Part shown: one piece after another, positions 22,125 to 31,628 of the stretch
Numbering within the stretch: the first letter of the stretch is position 1
How the letters are laid out: each line of letters starts with the position of its first letter
NCBI GenBank assembly: GCA_045587185.1
Contig: JAZNBS010000050.1
Coordinates: forward strand, 6,564-70,563
Reading direction: 5' to 3'
From: Acutalibacteraceae bacterium
Lineage (GTDB): Bacteria > Bacillota > Clostridia > Oscillospirales > Acutalibacteraceae
DNA length: 64,000 nt
Position numbers and translations under genes: made by a program
The notes under the pieces: generated by a model
The model's database searches: none
What the model saw: the letters and a program-made list of their open reading frames with translations, nothing else
Told to the model about the DNA's origin: nothing

Positions 22125-22421
22125 TTGCTTAGGGGAGTAAATAAATATATTATTGAAATAAACGATGTAGGCAGTGAGTTTTTTGAGAAGGCTTTGTTTT
22201 TTGTAAAGGCGAACAATACAACAGCCAACTCAAAACTTGAAAAAGAGGCACAAAAAATAATGGAAAGTTTTTTTGATGTGAAAGCGGGCGAGGGTCATAC
22301 AGGGTATCTGCGGTACACTGAACAGAAAAAACAGAACAGGAAGAAGAATCTTGTGTTTTCAATCTGTATCACAATAGTTGCAACCGCGGTTGCAACGGCC
22401 ATATTTTTTGCATTTAATTAA
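22125..22421 (+). CDS. Hypothetical small protein with a C-terminal TM, upstream of spoIIGA
   Basis: TTG-start ORF preceded by AAAGGAG. No family recognised. Confidence 0.35.
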   Translation: MLRGVNKYIIEINDVGSEFFEKALFFVKANNTTANSKLEKEAQKIMESFFDVKAGEGHTGYLRYTEQKKQNRKKNLVFSICITIVATAVATAIFFAFN

Positions 22422-22492
22422 ATTGTTTTCAGTGACACGCTTTGACAAATTCTGCTATATCAAGGGATGTATAATAATCAAGTAATTAAGCC

Positions 22493-23371
22493 TTGATAAA
22501 AGCGGTGGTATGCGTGGTAATTTATGTTGATGTTCTGATTTTCTTAAACACTGTGGTGGATTTTCTGATATTGAGTGCCGTTGCGTGTATATTTAAAACC
22601 GTTACGGTCACATGGCGAAAAACGGTTGCCGCTTTTGTTTCGGCACTATTTTCGCTTTACATATTTTTACCGCCGTTACCGTTTTTTACGGAACTTCTTA
22701 TGCGGCTGATTTCATCCGCTTTGGCAGTGGTTATCTGTTTCGGTTTTCGAACTTTAAGAAGATATATACGCTTTTTATTTATGTTTTACGCAGTTTCTTT
22801 TATCTATGCCGGTGCAATGCTTGGGATATATATAATGTTAAAACCGTCATCAATGTCGGTCAACAATGGCATTGTATATTTTGATATTTCACCGCTTATG
22901 CTTATTACTTTTTCTTTTGTGATATACCTTGTCACCGTAATTTTCAAAAAGTTGTTTTTTAAACAAGCATCATTTGCAAAACGTTGTGAGGTTAAACTGA
23001 AAGTTGGTTTAAAAGATATTGAATGTGTTGCTATGGTGGATACGGGACATACATTGAGCGATGCTTTTTCGAACAGTGCCATTATAATAATTGACCGTAA
23101 AACCGCAGTTGCTTTATTTGGTGAATATGATACCGAGAAAATGCTGTGTCTTTTACCGCCATTTGACGAATTTCTGAAACCAAGATTTAATGTTGAACTT
23201 ACCAGAACAGTTTCTGGTGAATCTGTATTGCCTGCCGTAAGGCTGGACAGTGCAAAAATCACTGTAGATAAAAGAATGTTCATCAGTCATAAACCGATAG
23301 CAGTAATCAGCGGTGACGTGCTAGGGGATGATTATTCAGTGATAATTCCGCCTGAGGCACTGACCGTTTGA
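22493..23371 (+). CDS. spoIIGA: Sigma-E processing aspartic protease SpoIIGA
   Basis: Five N-terminal TM segments and an AMVDTGHTL aspartic-protease motif. Lies immediately upstream of sigE. Start codon uncertain (TTG or GTG within the first 8 codons). Confidence 0.85.
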   Translation: MIKAVVCVVIYVDVLIFLNTVVDFLILSAVACIFKTVTVTWRKTVAAFVSALFSLYIFLPPLPFFTELLMRLISSALAVVICFGFRTLRRYIRFLFMFYAVSFIYAGAMLGIYIMLKPSSMSVNNGIVYFDISPLMLITFSFVIYLVTVIFKKLFFKQASFAKRCEVKLKVGLKDIECVAMVDTGHTLSDAFSNSAIIIIDRKTAVALFGEYDTEKMLCLLPPFDEFLKPRFNVELTRTVSGESVLPAVRLDSAKITVDKRMFISHKPIAVISGDVLGDDYSVIIPPEALTV

Positions 23372-23387
23372 ATGATAGGAGATAGTT

Positions 23388-24110
23388 ATGAAAATAATTG
23401 CAACAAAACTAAGTGTGATAATCAAAAATATTTTAAAAAAATTGGGTCTTGTCAACTCCAGTTTTTACATAAACGGTCCTGAAACCTTGCCGCCACCGTT
23501 GTCTGCTGAAGAAGAAAATGAATTGTTAATATTGTTGCAAACCGAAAAAGGGACATATGCACGTGAAAAACTTATTGTTCATAATTTAAGGCTCGTTGTT
23601 TATATTGCCCGAAAGTTTGACGCGGTTGGCGCATCGGTTGAGGACCTTATTTCAATAGGCACAATCGGGCTAATTAAGGCGGTAAACACATTCAGACCCG
23701 AGAGGAATATAAAACTTGCTACATATGCTTCAAGATGCATTGAAAACGAAATTCTGATGTATATGCGCAAGACAACCGTTCTTAAAACCGAAATTTCTAT
23801 TGATGAACCGTTAAATGTTGATTGGGACGGCAATGAACTTCTGCTTTCGGATATATTGGGCAGTGACGGAAACGAGGTTGGCGGAAGGGTTGAGCAGGAG
23901 GATGAAAAGCGTCTTCTGAATCTACATATAGCAAAACTTTCTGAACGTGAAAGGGAGATTATGAGTATGAGATTCGGTCTTTCGGGTCAAAAGGAGCATA
24001 CTCAAAAAGAGGTTGCGGATATTCTCGGTATATCACAATCTTATATATCACGTCTTGAAAAACGTATAATTGCAAGACTAAAGAAAGAAATGGAAAAATC
24101 ATATACATAA
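23388..24110 (+). CDS. sigE: Sporulation sigma factor SigE (pro-sigma-E)
   Basis: N-terminal pro-sequence, [16 protein letters not shown] (region 2) and an HTH in region 4. Confidence 0.9.
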   Translation: MKIIATKLSVIIKNILKKLGLVNSSFYINGPETLPPPLSAEEENELLILLQTEKGTYAREKLIVHNLRLVVYIARKFDAVGASVEDLISIGTIGLIKAVNTFRPERNIKLATYASRCIENEILMYMRKTTVLKTEISIDEPLNVDWDGNELLLSDILGSDGNEVGGRVEQEDEKRLLNLHIAKLSEREREIMSMRFGLSGQKEHTQKEVADILGISQSYISRLEKRIIARLKKEMEKSYT

Positions 24111-24111
24111 A

Positions 24112-24153
24112 AAAATCCCATCAAAACCACAGTGGCGTTTTGATGGGATTTTT
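24112..24153. terminator. Bidirectional terminator
   Basis: atcccatcaaaac-loop-gttttgatgggat flanked by A- and T-runs. Confidence 0.8.
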
Positions 24154-24155
24154 AG

Positions 24156-27100
24156 TTAATCGGTGATTTGGGATGACGGTTGTTCCGATGGCTGAACAGT
24201 AGACGAGGGGGGTGTTGCAGGCTTTGGTATTGTCAACTGCACCGAAACAAAGTAGTCAACAATACCTTGCGTCAATGCCTTGGCACATTCACTGTTAAAG
24301 TCGTCACGAATCATATCAGAGTATTCGTCAGCGTTTGTTATAAAACCGTTTTCGGTTAGAACAACGGGACAGTCGGTCTGACGGGCGGTGTAGAAATAAT
24401 GCCATTTAACGCCGCTCCACTTTGTTTTTTTATAAAGTTTTCCGTCACCGTGGAAAGGTTTCGAACTGTTATAAATTTCATTGAGTTCTTCCGATGTGTA
24501 ACTGTATATTGCATCGTTGACACGCTTTGCGGCGTTGGCCGAGAACGAATTAAAATGATAGGAGTTAAATGCTCTGGGACTAGATGAATCACTAGCGTTT
24601 CGGTGAATTGCAATACAGTAATCAGCCTTGACATCACGCAACAGTTTCATACGTTGCTCGGATGTGGGATTGGTTTTGTTATCGTAACGGGTCATATAAA
24701 CCTTGGCACCGATGGATTCAAGTTGTGCTTTGAGTTTCTGTGCCAGAATAAGATTCAGTTTCGATTCATTGAATTCAGGGTTACTGCCAGAAGCACCCTC
24801 GAATTCAGGGTTACTGCCAGAAGCACCCCCGTCATCTCCGCCGTGACCGACATCAATGGCAACCACAACACCGTCAAGGCGGTAGCCGTAAAGGTTGGAA
24901 TTGTCAACCGTTATGACCGCGGGGTTAAGGAATGAGAACACAAGTTGACCTTTATCGTTATATTCAGCACTCCAACCAAAGAACATTCCCGTCTTTCTTA
25001 AGTGTAAACGCAGGGTATAGTCTCCCTCGTTTTTTATCCATTCCGCTTTTTTGAAAACAGGGTCACTTTCGGGAATAATAACACTTCCATCAACCAACGT
25101 TGTGTAACAGAATGTGATATCAATATGGTCAAAGGTTGCGCTGGCAATGGTGTAATCACGGTTGTTAGCCTTTTCACTCGTATATTTCTGAGGTTTAATA
25201 TCAACCCTGAACGGTGCTTTAAACAAAGTGTCAAGTGTAATAAGGGTATGTCGTCCTGTGTTGGAAACATTTGATACACCTATTGTGTTGTGGTCGGGCA
25301 ATGTTCCTTGATAAACATTCAAAACCTGAACACCTTTTGATGATTTGGTGTAAAGCATATTGCCGTAGCGCATTATCTTCATACTTCCACCGCTTGATGC
25401 AACAACACCTGATGAACAGTAGTCCACGGTACCTTTTGGCAGATAGTTATTGGTGGGTCTTGAATAGTCGCTGTTATCGGTTGAACTGAAAGTTTCGGCT
25501 TGCCAGTTTACAACCTCTGCAATATATTTGTTGCCTACATTGACATACATTCCGCCTGACGGCATTTTCCAAGCTTCACCTCCGGTGGGCGCATTTGAAG
25601 CAGTGCCCGAGGAAGATGTTTCGGACGAAGAGGGTGGCAGCGGTCTTTCTTCTTTAATTACAACAATATTTCCGCCTGTCTTTGTTGCGTTACCGTATTT
25701 TGATTTTGCGGTAAATGTAACCTTTCCAAGTGAAAGGTCCTCATCATAAACTAACGGTAGTGAAATTCTTCCTGTGTAATTGCTGTAATCACCTTTCTTG
25801 TTACCACTCTCATCGATAATGGGTTCTTCGGAAAGGGTGACTGTTGTGTTTCCTAACTTGGCGGTTACGGTACCGCCTGAAATGGCAACGCAACTGACAA
25901 GCAGAATTGACTGACTTGGAAGTGTCTGCTTTTTGGTGGGTGAGATTTCGGTTATAACGGTGCGTTTGTAGGTGATTTTATAGGTTTCACTGACACCTTT
26001 ATGCTCAATTACAAATGTATTAAGACCGTCTTTTAGCTCAAGGTCGGTTGAAAAATAACCCAGAACAGTTCGCTTTAAAACTTCTCCGTTAAGGGTCAAT
26101 TTGAATTCGGGGTCAGATGCTCCGGAAAGGAGAACGGTGCTTTCAGACGTTGTAAAGGTCTTCTTTGTGGGTTTAGAAACGGAAAGTTCACGAAGTATGT
26201 AACTGTCGGTCAACAGATGCGAGAAATATTTTTTTATTACATCACGGCTTTCGGTCTTGTCGTTTAAAAAATCGTGCCAACCGTCAAGCGTAAAGCCTTT
26301 GACATCAAGCGTATCCAACGCTTTAAGTTGTCGCAATATTTGGTCGGTCTGTTTCCAACCGTCTTCATTGCTTCCTATTTTGTCATAGGCAAGTTTACAG
26401 AAAATATCACCCTCAAGACCGAGTAAAGTGCGCCACTCTTCAAAATAAGTCATAAAACTTATTTCGTCACTCTCGGTGGAATAGGGGTCGTAAACGCAGA
26501 CAAAATCACAGAAACCGCCGTTAAACCACTGCTGAATATTATAAATTGCCCTTTTAGGCATTTCGGTCTCATTAACCTCAACGCCGACATAAAGAGTGGG
26601 ATTGGCTTTGGCAACAGCAAAATAAATGTCTCTCATTGCCATAGACATAACACTCTTTAGTTTTAACTCAGGTGTGTCTTCGGGCATGTCCTCAGGCAGA
26701 ATGTAGACATTTTTCAACAAAAGTGCATCCGAGAAGTTTGCAAAACTGTTGTCGGACAAAACTGTGCAGATATTTTTCAAGTCCTGTTCATTGGCAAGAC
26801 TTGATTTTATCAATGGGTGAATATCCAACACAGTGATGACCGACAAACTTTGAGATTTTGCGTAGGTATAGAACTCTTTTAACAGTTCACCCAAGGGTGC
26901 CGAATAATTGTCTGTGGTGAAAAGAAGCCCGTCCTTGAAATTTAAGGTCAGTTCAATGGTGTCAAAACCGTCTGTCTTAATGCTGTCAATCAAGATTTTT
27001 GAAAGGTCGACGGCATCAGACGGTGTTGCATCGTCAATTAAAAAATCTTCACCCGGTATGACTGAAACCGACTTGAATTCGGTAAGAGCCGCCTTTTCAA

Positions 27101-27278
27101 CTATTTCCGGCTCAGGTTGGGGTGTTGAAACAAACGAGTCTGAGTTGTTTTGCGGGTTATTAACGGGTTTATCCTGTGTTAATGTAAAAATACCCACCCA
27201 AGCCGAGGATATTATGATTGTGATGACCAGAAGAATAGGTATTACATCTCTTATTGTTGCTTTAAATCCCTGTTTCAT
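24156..27278 (-). CDS. Large membrane-anchored cell-wall protein with a C-terminal N-acetylmuramoyl-L-alanine amidase (Amidase_3) domain
   Basis: N-terminal TM. The C-terminus has VAIDVGHGGDDGGA...NESKLNL...YCIAIHRN, the Amidase_3 Zn ligands H/E/H. The central region is beta-rich and Ig-like. Confidence 0.8.
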   Translation of the reverse strand: MKQGFKATIRDVIPILLVITIIISSAWVGIFTLTQDKPVNNPQNNSDSFVSTPQPEPEIVEKAALTEFKSVSVIPGEDFLIDDATPSDAVDLSKILIDSIKTDGFDTIELTLNFKDGLLFTTDNYSAPLGELLKEFYTYAKSQSLSVITVLDIHPLIKSSLANEQDLKNICTVLSDNSFANFSDALLLKNVYILPEDMPEDTPELKLKSVMSMAMRDIYFAVAKANPTLYVGVEVNETEMPKRAIYNIQQWFNGGFCDFVCVYDPYSTESDEISFMTYFEEWRTLLGLEGDIFCKLAYDKIGSNEDGWKQTDQILRQLKALDTLDVKGFTLDGWHDFLNDKTESRDVIKKYFSHLLTDSYILRELSVSKPTKKTFTTSESTVLLSGASDPEFKLTLNGEVLKRTVLGYFSTDLELKDGLNTFVIEHKGVSETYKITYKRTVITEISPTKKQTLPSQSILLVSCVAISGGTVTAKLGNTTVTLSEEPIIDESGNKKGDYSNYTGRISLPLVYDEDLSLGKVTFTAKSKYGNATKTGGNIVVIKEERPLPPSSSETSSSGTASNAPTGGEAWKMPSGGMYVNVGNKYIAEVVNWQAETFSSTDNSDYSRPTNNYLPKGTVDYCSSGVVASSGGSMKIMRYGNMLYTKSSKGVQVLNVYQGTLPDHNTIGVSNVSNTGRHTLITLDTLFKAPFRVDIKPQKYTSEKANNRDYTIASATFDHIDITFCYTTLVDGSVIIPESDPVFKKAEWIKNEGDYTLRLHLRKTGMFFGWSAEYNDKGQLVFSFLNPAVITVDNSNLYGYRLDGVVVAIDVGHGGDDGGASGSNPEFEGASGSNPEFNESKLNLILAQKLKAQLESIGAKVYMTRYDNKTNPTSEQRMKLLRDVKADYCIAIHRNASDSSSPRAFNSYHFNSFSANAAKRVNDAIYSYTSEELNEIYNSSKPFHGDGKLYKKTKWSGVKWHYFYTARQTDCPVVLTENGFITNADEYSDMIRDDFNSECAKALTQGIVDYFVSVQLTIPKPATPPSSTVQPSEQPSSQITD
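24771..24830 (-). repeat. Tandem 30-bp direct duplication (29/30 identical) inside the amidase catalytic domain
   Basis: gaattcagggttactgccagaagcaccc[t/c]c occurs twice. It encodes GASGSNPEF-E-GASGSNPEF. Confidence 0.95.
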
Positions 27279-27280
27279 TG

Positions 27281-28786
27281 TTACTCCTGTTTTGCAGAAA
27301 TTAGTGCCTGTTTAAAGTTATTTCTCTGAGCAGTGTTAAGCGCATCATCAGACATAAAGGATGAATACGCAAAAACAAAGACACCGTTGCATTTTGCTTT
27401 TTTTGAGTCTTTAGTTTGTCTTGCAATGATATCGTCAACTGTTGACCATTCACCGCTAGAAAGGTCGGCAGAGGCATCGCCAATCTTATAAGCACCCAAA
27501 CCAATGTATATTTTAACGTTTTTTGAGCGGTTAATTGACATCCAAAGGTTTAAGAGATTGTTGAATTTGATGTTATCTCTCGGATAATTATAACCAAAAT
27601 AAAGTTGGGGGACTATGTAATCAATATATCCGTCGGTCTGCATCCATTTTTTTAAATCAGCGTACTTAATTCTATAATTATCATCACTTCCGTCTTGCGA
27701 AATGTGGTAAGACGGACTTACACCAAAAAGTACATTGTTATTAGCCGATTTAACGGTACGGTACATCCCCGAAACCAAACTGCTGACATTGCTTCGACGC
27801 CAATCGTCAAGGGCTAATTGGCCACCTCTGAGTTTGTATTCATCATACTCGTTTTTGTCAAAACCGTCGCCCACTGGGGTATCTGACGGATAAAAATAAT
27901 CGTCAATATGTATGCCGTCAACATCATATTTTTCCACAATCTCGCGAACACCGTTAAGAATGAGTTTTTGAACCTCTAAAACTGCGGGGTTAAAGTAAAG
28001 ACGGCCGTCCCAGCTTAAAACATATCGGTCGTTTTTGGCGTCATTGTCACTAAGCCAGATACGCGCAGGGTGATTTTCTGCCAAGGTCATAACATTGGTG
28101 GAACCGAGTGTAACTCGATAAGGGTTAAGCCACGCGTGAATTTCAAGATTTCGGCTATGTGCGGCTTTTACCATATAGTCAAGTGCGTCATAACCCGGGT
28201 CCTTGCCTTGAGTACCGCTGAGGACAGAACTTATTGGAAAATAATCAGAATAATAAAGTGCATCGGCAAACGGACGAACTTGACATATAACGGTGTCAAA
28301 ACCGTTTTCCACGGCTTTGTCAAACATTGTGTCAATTTTTGATTTAAATGATTGTGGACTGTCGTTTTTAAAATCAAGGTCCTGATATGAAAGCCATATT
28401 GCGGCGGAAAATCCGTCTTTTTGCGGTTGGGGATTGGGTTTTGTTTGAGAAGAAGTTGTACTGCCTGAATTTTGAGAACTAGAATTTTCGGAAGTTATTG
28501 ATGATATAATTTCTGAAGAACTCAAAGTTTCAGAAGAAAAATTTGAATTAAAACTTTCGGTTGAAGTATTGGTTGAAATATTGGACGAATTGCTTTCAAA
28601 TCCGTTAACCGAAGATGTGTTACTGCTTGAATCTGTGCTGTGTGTAACCGAAGAATTGTTGACTGTCAGGTTATCTTGTGAACCAACGATAAGTATACAG
28701 GCAACTGCGGTAAGAGTATATATAACGGCAACGGTTACTGCAATCAAAAGAACTGTGGCACGTTTAAATCCGTTGGTATTAACCAA
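27281..28786 (-). CDS. Glycoside-hydrolase-like family 10 (GHL10/DUF187, YngK-like) membrane-anchored protein with a Ser-rich linker
   Basis: TM, then an S/T/N-rich linker, then a TIM-barrel-like domain resembling the YngK/UPF0748 family. The probable TTG start is 7 nt after AGGAGGG, although the ORF is open up to 28855. Confidence 0.7.
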   Translation of the reverse strand: MVNTNGFKRATVLLIAVTVAVIYTLTAVACILIVGSQDNLTVNNSSVTHSTDSSSNTSSVNGFESNSSNISTNTSTESFNSNFSSETLSSSEIISSITSENSSSQNSGSTTSSQTKPNPQPQKDGFSAAIWLSYQDLDFKNDSPQSFKSKIDTMFDKAVENGFDTVICQVRPFADALYYSDYFPISSVLSGTQGKDPGYDALDYMVKAAHSRNLEIHAWLNPYRVTLGSTNVMTLAENHPARIWLSDNDAKNDRYVLSWDGRLYFNPAVLEVQKLILNGVREIVEKYDVDGIHIDDYFYPSDTPVGDGFDKNEYDEYKLRGGQLALDDWRRSNVSSLVSGMYRTVKSANNNVLFGVSPSYHISQDGSDDNYRIKYADLKKWMQTDGYIDYIVPQLYFGYNYPRDNIKFNNLLNLWMSINRSKNVKIYIGLGAYKIGDASADLSSGEWSTVDDIIARQTKDSKKAKCNGVFVFAYSSFMSDDALNTAQRNNFKQALISAKQE

Positions 28787-28883
28787 AACCGTTCCCTCCT
28801 GAAAAAGATATTGAAACTTATATATAATTATATTATAATGTTGATGAAATAACAATACTTAATTTACACAAAAGAGTGTTTAT

Positions 28884-29159
28884 ATGACAATAATCGACTA
28901 TAATTTTTTGGTTTACATAGCAATTATATCCTTAATTTCCATAATTTTGACGGTTAGTGATAAATCAAAGGCGAAAAAACATCGATACCGTATCCCAGAG
29001 ACGGTCCTGTTTTTGTTTGCCGCATTAGGTGGAAGCGCCGCAATGTACCTTACAATGTGTCTTATACGTCACAAAACGCAGAAAAACCGCTTTGTGTTCG
29101 GAATACCTTTGATTTTCTTTTTGCAGTGCTTTTGCGTTTATATTATTTATACACATTAA
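28884..29159 (+). CDS. DUF1294-family small membrane protein
   Basis: DK.KAKK..YRIPE..L...A..GGS.....M...RHKT.K..F pattern. Confidence 0.7.
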   Translation: MTIIDYNFLVYIAIISLISIILTVSDKSKAKKHRYRIPETVLFLFAALGGSAAMYLTMCLIRHKTQKNRFVFGIPLIFFLQCFCVYIIYTH

Positions 29160-29171
29160 CGCAAATGTCTA

Positions 29172-29200
29172 TTGACAAATTTGTCTTTTGGGAATATAAT
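29172..29200 (+). promoter_or_regulatory. Sigma-A type promoter for the FMN riboswitch/ribU
   Basis: TTGACA, 17 bp, TATAAT (perfect consensus). Confidence 0.7.
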
Positions 29201-29217
29201 TTACCGAGTAAATTAAA

Positions 29218-29346
29218 TACTGTCTTCAGGGCGGGGTGAAATTCCCCACCGGCGGTGAAAGGCTCAGCCTCAAGCCCGCGAGCACTTAAGTGTTGATTTG
29301 GTGAAATTCCAAGGCCGACGGTAAAGTCCGGATGAAAGAAGATACA
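29218..29346 (+). promoter_or_regulatory. FMN riboswitch (RFN element)
   Basis: AGGGCGGGGTGAAATTCCCCACCGGCGGT...AGCCCGCGAGC...GATTTGGTGAAATTCCAA.GCCGACGGT...GTCCGGATGAAAGAAGA matches the RFN conserved core. Confidence 0.9.
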
Positions 29347-29373
29347 TAAAAACACTTATGGTGTTGTTTTGTT

Positions 29374-29400
29374 CCGCCTTGTATTTCCAAGGCGGTTTTT
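29374..29400 (+). terminator. Riboswitch-controlled intrinsic terminator
   Basis: ccgccttg-tatttc-caaggcgg followed by TTTTT. Confidence 0.8.
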
Positions 29401-29434
29401 ATTTATTTATAATTAAATGCTAAGGAGAAATTTT

Positions 29435-30100
29435 ATGGCAACCAAATCAAATAACATTAAAAAAATGTCGGTAATTGCTGTGCTTTGCGCCATTGCATAC
29501 TTGGTATCACTCGTATTTCCTTTTAAAGTGCAGTTTCTGACGTTTGATTTAAAAGATGCGATTATTGCTATTTCGGCATTGATGTATGGCCCAATAGCAG
29601 GTCTTATAAGTTCGGTTATTGTTCCGTCCATAGAGTTTTTAACGACTTCATCAACGGGTGTTTACGGTCTTATAATGAATTTTTTGTCAAGCGCAGCGTT
29701 TTCTGTAACGGCGGGTTTAATATATAAATACCGTAAATCGTTTTCGGGTGCAATCATCTCAATGTGCGCTTCGGTTTTTGCGGTTACCGCAGTTATGTTG
29801 GTTGCCAACCTTTTTATAACTCCATATTATATGGGCGTTGAAAGGGGAGTTGTAGTTGAACTTATTCCAAGTCTTTTGTTACCTTTCAATCTGATAAAGT
29901 CTGTTGTCAATGCATCTCTCACGTTACTTATATATAAACCTATAACAGCGGCATTCGGACGGATGAGGTTGACCGAAAGAAAGGTTTATGATAAGTCTCA
30001 AGGTCTTCGTTCAATAATTCTTACGTTGTGCTCGTTGGCGGTTGCGACGGTTGCTATAGTAATATTTGTACTTTATCTCGGCGGCACTGTCGAAATTTGA
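29435..30100 (+). CDS. ribU: Riboflavin ECF-transporter S component RibU/FmnP
   Basis: Six-TM protein directly downstream of the FMN riboswitch. The N-terminus is typical of RibU. Confidence 0.8.
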   Translation: MATKSNNIKKMSVIAVLCAIAYLVSLVFPFKVQFLTFDLKDAIIAISALMYGPIAGLISSVIVPSIEFLTTSSTGVYGLIMNFLSSAAFSVTAGLIYKYRKSFSGAIISMCASVFAVTAVMLVANLFITPYYMGVERGVVVELIPSLLLPFNLIKSVVNASLTLLIYKPITAAFGRMRLTERKVYDKSQGLRSIILTLCSLAVATVAIVIFVLYLGGTVEI

Positions 30101-30111
30101 AAATTTTTCTA

Positions 30112-30139
30112 TTGACAAATATAAAATTGGTGATATAAT
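30112..30139 (+). promoter_or_regulatory. Sigma-A promoter with extended -10 for the SAM riboswitch/metK
   Basis: TTGACA, 16 bp, TATAAT, with TGa immediately upstream of the -10 (TGaTATAAT). Confidence 0.65.
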
Positions 30140-30159
30140 ACTATCCGTAAATTGAATAT

Positions 30160-30262
30160 TGCCTTATCAAGAGTGGTGGAGGGAATCGGCCCGATGATAC
30201 CCGGCAACCTGTTGTTAAACAAGGTGCTAAATCCGACGGTTTTTTGCCGAAAGATGAGTTTT
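30160..30262 (+). promoter_or_regulatory. SAM-I riboswitch (S-box)
   Basis: CTTATCAAGAGTGGTGGAGGGA..GGCCCGATGA.ACCCGGCAACC...AAGGTGCTAAATCC...AGATGAG conserved core. Confidence 0.9.
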
Positions 30263-30266
30263 TTAA

Positions 30267-30295
30267 GACCTGCCTCTTTCGGGGTGGGTCTTTTT
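30267..30295 (+). terminator. S-box terminator
   Basis: 10-bp stem gacctgcctc/ggggtgggtc (3 G-U pairs), loop tttc, then TTTTT. Confidence 0.7.
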
Positions 30296-30333
30296 GTGTG
30301 TTTAAAATGTATTAAAAATAAAGGGAGAAAATT

Positions 30334-31515
30334 ATGGGTAAGTTTTTGTTTACATCCGAATCGGTTACTGCAGGTCACCCCGATAAAGTATCGGACAGTG
30401 TGTCTGATGCAATACTTGATGCAATTATTGCACAAGACCCTTATGCACGTGTCGCCTGTGAGACATTCTGTACAACAGGTGTTGTCACCGTTATGGGTGA
30501 AATCACCACCACTGCCAAGGTTGATATTCCCAAAATTGTCCGAAAGACGGTTTGTGATATAGGTTATAATGCACCGTCACAAGGTTTTGATGGTAACACC
30601 TGTGCTGTTATGGTATCTTTGGACGAGCAGTCGCCCGATATTGCAATGGGTGTTGACAGGTCCTTGGAACTTAAAAACGGTGAGCACGATGAATATAATC
30701 TCCACGGTGCTGGCGATCAGGGAATGATGTTCGGTTTCGCTTGTGATGAGACCGATGAATTGATGCCTATGCCGATTTCTTTGGCACATAAACTTGCAAG
30801 AAGACTGACCGATGTCAGAAAAGACGGTACTTTGGGTTATCTTTGCCCTGACGGTAAAACCCAGGTTACTGTTGAATATGTTGACGGAAAACCCGCAAGA
30901 GTTGAGGCTGTCGTTGTATCAAGTCAGCACAGTCCCGATGTTTCCTTGGAAACTTTGCGTGCAGATATTCTTGAAAAGGTCATTAAACCTGTTATTCCCG
31001 AAGGCTTTATGGATAACGAAACCAAGGTTTACATAAACCCCACTGGTCGTTTCGTTATCGGCGGTCCTCAGGGTGATACAGGTCTTACCGGACGTAAAAT
31101 TATTGTTGATACTTACGGTGGATATGCACGTCACGGTGGCGGTGCATTCAGCGGTAAAGACCCCACAAAGGTTGACCGCTCTGCTGCGTATGCCGCACGT
31201 TATGTTGCCAAGAATATCGTTAAAGCAAGCATTGCTTCCAAGTGTGAAGTTGAATTGGCATACGCTATCGGTGTTGCAAAACCTGTTTCGGTAATGGTTG
31301 ATACTTTTGGCACAGGAAAATACTCTGATGATAAAATTGCCGATGCGGTAAATAAGGTGTTTGACCTTCGTCCCGCCGCTATCATTGATACCTTTGATAT
31401 GCGTACCCCAATTTATTCAAACCTTTCGGCGTTGGGTCATATGGGTCGCGAAGAACTCGGTGTCAAGTGGGAATTGACCGATAAGGTTGACGCTTTGCTT
31501 GATGCTTTGAAGTAA
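30334..31515 (+). CDS. metK: S-adenosylmethionine synthase
   Basis: [23 protein letters not shown] and [16 protein letters not shown] signatures. Confidence 0.98.
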   Translation: MGKFLFTSESVTAGHPDKVSDSVSDAILDAIIAQDPYARVACETFCTTGVVTVMGEITTTAKVDIPKIVRKTVCDIGYNAPSQGFDGNTCAVMVSLDEQSPDIAMGVDRSLELKNGEHDEYNLHGAGDQGMMFGFACDETDELMPMPISLAHKLARRLTDVRKDGTLGYLCPDGKTQVTVEYVDGKPARVEAVVVSSQHSPDVSLETLRADILEKVIKPVIPEGFMDNETKVYINPTGRFVIGGPQGDTGLTGRKIIVDTYGGYARHGGGAFSGKDPTKVDRSAAYAARYVAKNIVKASIASKCEVELAYAIGVAKPVSVMVDTFGTGKYSDDKIADAVNKVFDLRPAAIIDTFDMRTPIYSNLSALGHMGREELGVKWELTDKVDALLDALK

Positions 31516-31530
31516 TATTTTATAAAGTAG

Positions 31531-31565
31531 TGCCTGCCGTAAAATTTCAAACGGCAGGCATTTTG
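31531..31565 (+). terminator. Rho-independent terminator after metK
   Basis: tgcctgccgt-loop-acggcaggca followed by TTTT. Confidence 0.85.
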
Positions 31566-31628
31566 TTGTTGCAATAAGTTGTAATTTGGGGTAAAATATG
31601 TAAAGTTGAACTGAATTTGGAGGAAGAA

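Noticed and set aside
28440-28650. Low-complexity, quasi-repetitive DNA in the GHL10-like gene.
   Set aside because: It encodes a Ser/Thr/Asn-rich extracellular linker. No defined repeat unit or separate element is present.
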